The notes under the pieces were generated by a model. It did not search any database. It had not been told where the DNA came from and saw nothing but the letters and a program-made list of their open reading frames with translations. This document shows positions 7,430 to 13,316 of a DNA stretch of 24,000 bases, one piece after another (positions within the stretch are counted from its first letter, which is position 1; every line of letters begins with the position of its first letter). The stretch covers positions 346,257 to 370,256 of the forward strand of contig OZ243037.1 in assembly GCA_965212015.1 (NCBI GenBank). Direction: 5' to 3'. The position numbers and the translations under genes were made by a program. The DNA comes from Cenarchaeum sp. GTDB taxonomy: Archaea; Thermoproteota; Nitrososphaeria; Nitrososphaerales; Nitrosopumilaceae.

Positions 7430-7942
7430 CTATGGAAGAAAGTCGGTGTCCTTTGAGTCGTCGTATGACTTTGAGGTAAACTCTGCAACATAGTGGCTTC
7501 CGTCAACTAGCGGCGCCCTTATGAAATCAGCGGACACCTGTCCGTCGACTGTGATCTTTGATTTGGATTCCTGCATGTCCCTTAACGGAAAGTCCCACCC
7601 CCAGAGAAAGTGGCCGATCTCAAACGGGTATCGCTCCTCCCACTTTGCGTGGATTGTGCCGTCATCAGTCAGGGTAAAGATGCTTCTCTGGCATCCGTCC
7701 TTGAACCCAATGTTTGCCGGGATGTCGGCCTTGTGGCCGTCCACGATTACCTCCAGAGTCGCCTGTATCTCGTACGGCGTATGCCTGTCATTGATGCACA
7801 CCTTGAGGGGATTGTCAATGTTGGCCCATTGCTGCAAAAGGGTGCTTGCGGCGGCCACCGAGATTCCAATCGCAGCCGTGATTATCAGAAATTTTAGGGT
7901 CTTTTTCCTTTTTCTTGGATCCCCCATTCCAGGCCAGAACAT
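7430..7942 (-). CDS. Membrane-anchored extracytoplasmic protein of unknown function, immediately downstream of amoB
   Basis: Basic N-terminus plus TM (RKRKKTLKFLIITAAIGISVAAAS), then a ~135-aa soluble domain with 2 Cys and several His/Trp (HTPYEIQ, DGHKADIP, IHAKWEERYPFEIGHFLWGW). TATA CTTTAAGG (7963-7970, minus) is 25 nt from the ATG. Confidence 0.75.
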   Translation of the reverse strand: MFWPGMGDPRKRKKTLKFLIITAAIGISVAAASTLLQQWANIDNPLKVCINDRHTPYEIQATLEVIVDGHKADIPANIGFKDGCQRSIFTLTDDGTIHAKWEERYPFEIGHFLWGWDFPLRDMQESKSKITVDGQVSADFIRAPLVDGSHYVAEFTSKSYDDSKDTDFLP

Positions 7943-8120
7943 GCATTGATTTATTCCGAATTCCTTAAAGTCGTTTCTATGCCCCCCGGCCCAAGAGTCC
8001 TGGCTGCGCCAGACAGTGCGGGCCTGAATGCCTCCTGTCCTGGGACGTGCGAGCCGCCGGCAGCACCGTTTGCCATGGGACGCGGGCCGGCTGGCATGCG
8101 CAGAACAGACGGTGCGGCAT

Positions 8121-8144
8121 ACAAATAAAATGAAAAGGAAAAGG
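8121..8144 (-). terminator. Oligo-T tract after amoB
   Basis: The minus strand reads CCCCTTTTCCTTTTCATTTTATTTGT directly after the amoB stop. Archaeal termination at oligo-T is established. Confidence 0.5.
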
Positions 8145-8147
8145 GGG

Positions 8148-8717
8148 TTAGATTACTTGCCAGGGTCTGGTTGCGAATGTGATAACATAGCCAACACCGA
8201 TTATGATTGACTGGTATGCGATGTTTGTGTATGGTATCTCTTTTAGTATGTATTCGCCATCGACTACAACTGTCTGTCCCGGTCCTAGACCTGGGCCTAC
8301 TCCTGCAACATTAAGCTGGGTGTGTACATGATATACTCCCGGCTCTAGTGCTTTGGCACAGATTTGGTATGGGACTACGGAGTTTCCTGGAAGATCAAAG
8401 ACGTTTCCTGGTGGGTCTCTAGTCAGAATCTCCCATCTGTTTCCAGCATTGGTGGATTCCGAAAAGATCGAGTTCCATGCTCGCAGATCCCTTTCTAGCA
8501 AACTGACAAACTTGCCATTAATGCAAAGGTTTTCACCAGTTTGTAGTGACTGCCTGTTGAAGAACTCGTCTTCAATGTTCACGAAACGACTTTGTAATTG
8601 TGCTTGTACACCGTGTGCTTCTGCAGCAGGCAATACGGACTCTATCCAATTAAAGCCCATAGTTCCTAACGTAAGAATCACGCCGAGTCCAATTACTAGT
8701 ATTTTTTTATCTCTCAT
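8148..8717 (-). CDS. amoB: Ammonia monooxygenase subunit B (archaeal AmoB)
   Basis: 189 aa: MRDKKILVIGLGVILTLGTMGF..AAEAHGVQAQLQSRFVNIED...PGVYHVHTQLNVAGVGPGLGPGQTVVVDG...ITFATRPWQVI. Recognised as the short archaeal AmoB (signal peptide, His at the mature N-terminus, C-terminal TM). Confidence 0.95.
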   Translation of the reverse strand: MRDKKILVIGLGVILTLGTMGFNWIESVLPAAEAHGVQAQLQSRFVNIEDEFFNRQSLQTGENLCINGKFVSLLERDLRAWNSIFSESTNAGNRWEILTRDPPGNVFDLPGNSVVPYQICAKALEPGVYHVHTQLNVAGVGPGLGPGQTVVVDGEYILKEIPYTNIAYQSIIIGVGYVITFATRPWQVI

Positions 8718-8976
8718 AGTTATCCCGTTATGATCAAAATGAAAACATGGAACGTTATATATTTTGCTTTAATTCCCTATCGTGCCGTCTGACGGCTGTT
8801 GATTAACATCGATGATTAACATCGATATTACTAAAATAAATATTGTAATTTTTATGATATTTTGTGGTAATATCGAGGATTTTTTCTGGAATTTATGATT
8901 AAATTACAAGGAAATTCATCAAAAATGGCATGCTTTGCGCCCTTACTTTATATGCCAAACAATGAGTAAGGTTGTC
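8718..8976. promoter_or_regulatory. Divergent amoB/amoC control region (very AT-rich)
   Basis: It holds TATA TTATATAT (8754-8761, minus sense, about 40 nt from the amoB ATG) and TATA CTTTATAT (8946-8953, 27 nt before the amoC ATG at 8977). It also has the 6-bp-arm palindrome GCCGTC-T-GACGGC (8784-8796) and a perfect 13-bp tandem duplication (8801-8826). Confidence 0.65.
8801..8826. repeat. Perfect tandem duplication 2 x GATTAACATCGAT
   Basis: Read directly: gattaacatcgat gattaacatcgat. Each unit contains the ATCGAT palindrome. Confidence 0.9.
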
Positions 8977-9540
8977 ATGGCACAAATGCCGGCATTAATC
9001 CCAAAAGAAGTTGAGATACAGAGATTGAAAAAGATCTGGCTCATCGTCATTGCTATGGGTTCAACTGCTGCATCAGTCGAAGTCGACAACTTCGTTGATG
9101 GTTCTTTGCACCAGACATCTATCAGGGACAGTGCATTCACACCAGCACACTGGTGGCTATACTCCCACTTTGTGGCTCTGCCACTAGGATGGGGTTCAGT
9201 CGCAATCTATGATAGACGAGTACCTATTCTCAGAGGTCCAAACAATTCGATGAACACTGGACTCAAGATGACCATTCTTGGTTACCTTGCAACAATGTTC
9301 ACGATTGGAGTAAACGAGATGTGGCACTTTTGGTTTGTAGAGGAGATATTTGCAGTACCGAACCACTGGATGTTCAATATGGGAGTCGTTGTGGCCTTTA
9401 TGGGCGCTCTAGCCTATGTGGTCAGAGTATATGCACGACTAGTTGAACTTGGTGCAGAAACACCAGGTGAAAACCCGTATGTTGCTGAAATGTACAAGAT
9501 GGCCCTAGAAGGCAAACTGTACAGCAGATCAATCCCATAG
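8977..9540 (+). CDS. amoC: Ammonia monooxygenase subunit C (archaeal AmoC)
   Basis: MAQMPALIPKEVEIQRLKKIWLIVIAMGSTAASVEVDNFVDGSLHQTSIRDSAFTPAHWWLYSHFVALPLGWG...NEMWHFWFVEEIFAVPNHWMFNMG... is recognised as archaeal AmoC. The track ORF starts at TTG 8935, but the TATA position and my recollection of the family N-terminus favour ATG 8977. Confidence 0.95.
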   Translation: MAQMPALIPKEVEIQRLKKIWLIVIAMGSTAASVEVDNFVDGSLHQTSIRDSAFTPAHWWLYSHFVALPLGWGSVAIYDRRVPILRGPNNSMNTGLKMTILGYLATMFTIGVNEMWHFWFVEEIFAVPNHWMFNMGVVVAFMGALAYVVRVYARLVELGAETPGENPYVAEMYKMALEGKLYSRSIP

Positions 9541-9565
9541 ACAAAACTGTGCGCAAGCACTTGTC

Positions 9566-9587
9566 TTTTTTTTATTTCGAGTTTTTT
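9566..9587 (+). terminator. Oligo-T tracts after amoC (T8, T3, T6)
   Basis: cttttttttatttcgagtttttt lies about 25 nt after the amoC stop. Confidence 0.55.
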
Positions 9588-9590
9588 ACC

Positions 9591-10310
9591 AGTCCCCGCA
9601 TTATAGAATCGGAGGGCAGGCCCGTGGCCGTCCTGCCGCACACGGGTCCCCCATACACCAGGACACGTTTGTCAAACGTTCCGCAGGCAGCGGGGATTCC
9701 ACGGATGCCCGATTGGCGGTGTTTTTCTGTCACGGCCTTTGCCGGGTGCCGGCATGGCGTCTTTGGGTTTTTGACGGATTATACCGGCCGGCAGGATCTG
9801 TCTGATGGCGCCTGGTTGTGGGGCAGACACATGCCGGCAACCCAAGCCGGGCCCGCAGGTCTGGCCAAGTTTCAGCTCGGGTGCCGGCAGCCGGTTCTCT
9901 GGGTTTGTGGCAGAATAGGTTTTTTCATCAGTGCCGTTTTTTGCCCGTAATTCCAGCTATGGGAAAAGCCCCATCCGAAAACGGCATTGGCTGGGGCGTA
10001 AAACCCGGCATGGGGATCCGGCGGCATTCGAGCTGTTTTTTTTTGCGTACAATCTGGCGCCTGCACATCTGTATTGCCGCCAGGCAGAATGCCCGGATTT
10101 GGCAGGCCCACAATCATGCCATCCAGAGGCCGACATGCCCTGGTGCCGTCACAACTGATGCCGTGCCGAATCAATGCCCGATCGCCGCCAATCCGGGTTT
10201 TGCCATTACGAATCCCCCTCTTCCACGGCAGGCCCATATGGGGTCCTGCCGCAACAAACTAGGCACGGGCATTTTGATGGCGACTTGTGCCTGAAGGGGG
10301 CATATGCCGA
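9591..10310. other. GC-rich spacer between amoC and amoX with no credible ORF and many TGCC/GGCA motifs
   Basis: My hand count gives 77/120 G+C at about 9615-9734. I counted 37 TGCC/GGCA tetramers in 9601-10320, about one per 19 nt. ORFs overlap in several frames on both strands, all Arg/Pro/Gly/Cys-rich, and none has a TATA box. Confidence 0.7.
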
Positions 10311-10332
10311 TCTAACAGCCTGCTAAGAAAGA

Positions 10333-10344
10333 CTTTAATATATT
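10333..10344 (+). promoter_or_regulatory. TATA box for amoX (CTTTAATATATT)
   Basis: Centred about 25 nt upstream of ATG 10364. Confidence 0.6.
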
Positions 10345-10363
10345 CGCCATCGTATAAACGCAA

Positions 10364-10726
10364 ATGACTCTTCCAAAAGGATTTGGATCGGGCGGTGCCG
10401 GTGGAGCAGGTGCAGCTGATGTTGAAAAAATGATCGGCCGTCGTGTGGAAAACATGACTGGCATAATCACGATTTCATACATTGCAGCATGGCTGGCCAC
10501 TTTTGGCGGTACTGCAGCAGGATACTTCTATTATCCGTGGGCATATCCAACCCCAAGCGGTCACTATGCCTTTATCGTCTTGACCATAGTCGAGGCAATT
10601 GGATACCTCTTTTGCGTCAAAGTCTCAGAAGAGGGATCTACAAAAAAGAGCAATGGCATAATCGGTGCAACCCTAGGCGGTACGGCAATAGGTACCATCA
10701 TAATCGCACTATACGTGGGCAACTAG
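10364..10726 (+). CDS. amoX: AmoX (conserved small membrane protein between amoC and amoA in archaeal AMO loci)
   Basis: 120 aa with a Gly-rich N-terminus. TM segments are IITISYIAAWLATFGGTAAGYF, YAFIVLTIVEAIGYLFCV and IIGATLGGTAIGTIIIALYV. Its position directly upstream of amoA matches the known amoX arrangement. Confidence 0.85.
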   Translation: MTLPKGFGSGGAGGAGAADVEKMIGRRVENMTGIITISYIAAWLATFGGTAAGYFYYPWAYPTPSGHYAFIVLTIVEAIGYLFCVKVSEEGSTKKSNGIIGATLGGTAIGTIIIALYVGN

Positions 10727-10740
10727 CATAATTCCGCTCA

Positions 10741-10753
10741 TTTTTCTATTTTT
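10741..10753 (+). terminator. Oligo-T tracts after amoX
   Basis: tttttctattttt lies 15 nt after the stop. Confidence 0.45.
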
Positions 10754-10875
10754 CAACCTAAAACCCCATATGCGATCATTTCAGGCACGGCCGTATCCTG
10801 CGATCAAGGGCGAATTTCACGCTATTGGCGTCTTTCTGGCAGGACAGGCAACGCGTCATTCTAGACATATAAAAT

Positions 10876-10883
10876 TTTATATA
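10876..10883 (+). promoter_or_regulatory. TATA box for amoA (TTTATATA)
   Basis: Centred 27 nt upstream of ATG 10907 within ACATATAAAATTTTATATAC. Confidence 0.65.
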
Positions 10884-10906
10884 CCGACCCTATTCTCTAC
10901 TGAATA

Positions 10907-11557
10907 ATGGTCTGGCTTAGACGATGTACTCACTACTTGTTCATTATAGTAGTAGCAGTAAATTCGACCCTGTTGACAATTAACGCGGGAGACTATATCT
11001 TCTATACTGACTGGGCCTGGACATCATATACGGTATTTTCAATATCGCAGACGTTGATGCTTGTTGTAGGTGCAACATACTACCTGACATTTACGGGTGT
11101 TCCAGGAACCGCAACGTATTACGCGTTGATTATGACAGTGTATACGTGGGTGGCCAAAGGTGCATGGTTTGCACTGGGTTATCCATACGACTTCATTGTA
11201 ACGCCAGTATGGCTTCCATCAGCAATGCTGTTGGACTTGGCATATTGGGCCACAAAGAGAAACAAGCATTCGCTGATTCTGTTTGGTGGCGTGTTAGTTG
11301 GAATGTCATTACCACTGTTCAACATGGTCAACTTGATAACGGTAGCAGACCCACTAGAAACGGCGTTCAAATATCCGAGACCGACACTACCGCCATACAT
11401 GACGCCGATTGAACCGCAGGTAGGCAAGTTCTACAACAGCCCGGTAGCACTGGGTGCGGGAGCTGGCGCAGTTTTGTCAGTGACAATGGCAGCGTTAGGT
11501 GTAAAGCTCAACACGTGGACGTACAGATGGATGGCCGCCTGGTCAAAGTGGGACTAA
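10907..11557 (+). CDS. amoA: Ammonia monooxygenase subunit A (archaeal AmoA)
   Basis: 216 aa: MVWLRRCTHYLFIIVVAVNSTLLTINAGDYIFYTDWAWTSYTVFSISQTLMLVVGATYYLTFTGVPGTATYYALIMTVYTW...KYPRPTLPPYMTPIEPQVGKFYNSPVALGAGAGAV...TWTYRWMAAWSKWD is unmistakably Nitrosopumilales-type AmoA. Confidence 0.98.
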   Translation: MVWLRRCTHYLFIIVVAVNSTLLTINAGDYIFYTDWAWTSYTVFSISQTLMLVVGATYYLTFTGVPGTATYYALIMTVYTWVAKGAWFALGYPYDFIVTPVWLPSAMLLDLAYWATKRNKHSLILFGGVLVGMSLPLFNMVNLITVADPLETAFKYPRPTLPPYMTPIEPQVGKFYNSPVALGAGAGAVLSVTMAALGVKLNTWTYRWMAAWSKWD

Positions 11558-11570
11558 AACCAAAAACCCC

Positions 11571-11585
11571 TTTTTTCATTTTATT
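11571..11585 (+). terminator. Oligo-T tract after amoA
   Basis: ccccttttttcattttatt lies 14 nt after the stop. Confidence 0.5.
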
Positions 11586-11640
11586 ATCTGTTCCCTAGTG
11601 TTTTCTAGTCACGATTTTTCAACAAAAAAAAATCATAGCT

Positions 11641-11660
11641 GGATCAATTTTTTTTGATCC
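11641..11660. promoter_or_regulatory. Perfect hairpin/palindrome GGATCAA-TTTTTT-TTGATCC carrying two GATC sites, 14 nt upstream of the methyltransferase start
   Basis: Read directly. The 7-bp arms each contain GATC. Confidence 0.5.
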
Positions 11661-11673
11661 TTGCGCTCATGAG

Positions 11674-12552
11674 ATGTTTTTACATTATTCACTATTGAGA
11701 CAGCACTATAGACAGATAGAAAAGACGGCAAAGCCCTTTGTAAAATGGGCCGGGGGGAAAAGGCAGCTGGTGCCGGCAATTGAGCCGTATTTCCCTCAAA
11801 AGTTTGGCGGCTATTTTGAACCGTTTTTGGGCGGCGGCGCGATCCTGTTTCACATCCTGTCCCAAAACCCGAATCAGAAATGCACCATCTCCGATCTCAA
11901 CTCCGACCTGGTTTTGGCGTACGTCACCGTCAGGGACAGGGTGGAGGATCTAATAGACGCCCTCAAGGGCCATTCAAAAAAATACCTTGCCGACAAGTCA
12001 TCCTACTATTACCGGGTCCGGGGAAAAGAGCCGACAGGCCAGATCTCAAAGTGCTCCAGGCTGATCTTTCTTAATCATACGTGTTTTAATGGCCTGTACC
12101 GGGTAAACAGCAAAGGAAAATTCAACGTGCCGCTGGGCCGCTATTCGAATCCCAACATAGTCAACGAGGACAACCTCCGGTCAGTAAGCAAAATCCTGCA
12201 GTCAAAAAACATCGATATCAGGTGCAGTGATTTCTCGGCAATTACGGATGGCGCAAAAAAGGGCGATTTCGCATACTTTGATCCGCCGTACCAGCCGACA
12301 AGCCCGACTGCCGCATTTACCAGCTATACTAGCCGCGATTTCGGCATGGACGATCTGGACAGGCTGGCAGGCGTCTGCAGGGATTTGGACTCTAGGGGGT
12401 GCAAGGTGGTGCTCTCGCATTCCAAGACAAAGGAGGCCAGTGGCATGTTTGGGAGGCCCTGGAAGATTCTCGAGATCAGGGCAAACCGCGCAATCAACTC
12501 AAACTCCAAGAAAAGGACGGGACACACAGAACTGCTGATCAGGAATTTCTAA
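11674..12552 (+). CDS. dam: DNA adenine methyltransferase, Dam / D12-class N6-adenine MTase (orphan)
   Basis: KPFVKWAGGKRQLVPAI, FEPFLGGGAILFH (AdoMet motif I) and FAYFDPPYQP (DPPY motif IV) are present. No restriction-endonuclease-like ORF lies adjacent. Confidence 0.9.
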   Translation: MFLHYSLLRQHYRQIEKTAKPFVKWAGGKRQLVPAIEPYFPQKFGGYFEPFLGGGAILFHILSQNPNQKCTISDLNSDLVLAYVTVRDRVEDLIDALKGHSKKYLADKSSYYYRVRGKEPTGQISKCSRLIFLNHTCFNGLYRVNSKGKFNVPLGRYSNPNIVNEDNLRSVSKILQSKNIDIRCSDFSAITDGAKKGDFAYFDPPYQPTSPTAAFTSYTSRDFGMDDLDRLAGVCRDLDSRGCKVVLSHSKTKEASGMFGRPWKILEIRANRAINSNSKKRTGHTELLIRNF

Positions 12553-12625
12553 GCTTCGAGCGGGATCCGAACCCGCGACCTTTACCTTACCAAGGTAACG
12601 CTCTACCAGGCTGAGCTATCGAAGC
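12552..12625 (-). tRNA. tRNA-Thr (anticodon GGU)
   Basis: The reverse complement folds as GCTTCGA TA GCTC AGCCTGGTA GAGC G TTACC TTGGTAA GGTAA AGGTC GCGGG TTCGGAT CCCGC TCGAAGC + U73. The discriminator base is the last base of the dam stop codon. TATA at 12647-12656 is about 27 nt upstream. Confidence 0.92.
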
Positions 12626-12646
12626 ATGGGAATCTGCCGTAGAAAA

Positions 12647-12656
12647 TACTTATAAT
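12647..12656 (-). promoter_or_regulatory. TATA box for tRNA-Thr (ATTATAAGTA on the minus strand)
   Basis: Centred about 27 nt upstream of the tRNA 5' end at 12625. Confidence 0.55.
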
Positions 12657-12686
12657 CCTTGGTTATGGATTCCGGGCCTCTAAACT

Positions 12687-12695
12687 GTTAAATTT
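12687..12695 (+). promoter_or_regulatory. TATA box for tRNA-Leu (GTTAAATTT)
   Basis: Centred about 27 nt upstream of the tRNA 5' end at 12718. Confidence 0.55.
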
Positions 12696-12717
12696 CACGC
12701 AATCCTGATATGGCTGC

Positions 12718-12837
12718 GGAGGAGTAATCAAGCCTGGCCAAAGTAAGCAATTCTGCTTTTGGACATGCAGGACTTAAGATCATAAATGGGTGATCCTGTC
12801 TCTCAGGAGTTCGTGGGTTCAAATCCCACCTCCTCCA
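12718..12837 (+). tRNA. tRNA-Leu (anticodon UAA), class II, with two introns
   Basis: Acceptor GGAGGAG/CTCCTCC plus A73, and T-arm GTGGG TTCAAAT CCCAC. The anticodon stem CAGGA/TCCTG has loop CTTAAG|A interrupted by a ~14-nt intron (about 12779-12792, canonical 37/38). The D-stem ATC/GAT is restored only if about 21 nt (about 12744-12764, with internal hairpin AAGCA-ATTC-TGCTT) are removed. The variable arm is 14 nt. 120 nt minus 35 nt gives an 85-nt mature tRNA. Confidence 0.85.
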
Positions 12838-12843
12838 CAGGGA

Positions 12844-13230
12844 TTATTTTGAGTGCCTTATTCCCTTGGAGTTGAGAATCTCGTAAACGTCCGGAAGCGA
12901 AAAGACAAACCCCACATGGACGCAGTCCTTTTCATCACACAGCTGGCAGTACAGCTCCCCCTTTTGGATTGCCACTTCTGCGATCCGGTCTTTGATATTG
13001 TCCTTTAGTATGACCCTGTCTGCGTCCACTGAAATCTTTGCAAGCTTGGGGGCGTATCTTGCAAAAGTCTTGTCCTTTTGCATCATTTCTTCTAGCATGT
13101 ATGTGACGTATCCCGAAAAGCTGCTGACGCCTTTCATCATTAGTTCGTCCTTGTTTTTGCTATAAACGTCGTGGAATTTCTCATAAACTGATTCTGACAG
13201 CGTGATTGACTTGAATCCGGCTTTTGGCAT
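12844..13230 (-). CDS. Putative ribbon-helix-helix (CopG-like) DNA-binding protein with a Cys/His-containing C-terminal domain
   Basis: The N-terminus KSITLSESVYEKFHDVYSKNKDELMMKGVSSFSGYVTYMLEEMM fits a beta-strand plus two helices. The C-terminus has CQLCDEKDCVH. The family assignment is tentative. Confidence 0.6.
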   Translation of the reverse strand: MPKAGFKSITLSESVYEKFHDVYSKNKDELMMKGVSSFSGYVTYMLEEMMQKDKTFARYAPKLAKISVDADRVILKDNIKDRIAEVAIQKGELYCQLCDEKDCVHVGFVFSLPDVYEILNSKGIRHSK

Positions 13231-13316
13231 TTCTCTTACCGTACATTATGGTACGACAGTATATAAAAATTTTTGATTATGTTATTACCCGCATTCTGGG
13301 AAACTAGGCTTATACG

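Noticed and set aside
8353-8733. 126-aa + ORF, and 8943..9140(-)
   Set aside because: They are antisense to amoB and amoC respectively, and the sense-strand identifications are unambiguous.
9549-10294. ORFs 9549..9950(+), 9818..10294(+), 9872..10237(-), 9928..10113(-), 9931..10158(+) and 10074..10262(+) between amoC and amoX
   Set aside because: The pattern is the same: six-frame open GC-rich DNA with low-complexity Arg/Pro/Gly/Cys composition. The first ORF begins inside the amoC terminator T-tracts. None has a promoter or a recognisable motif.
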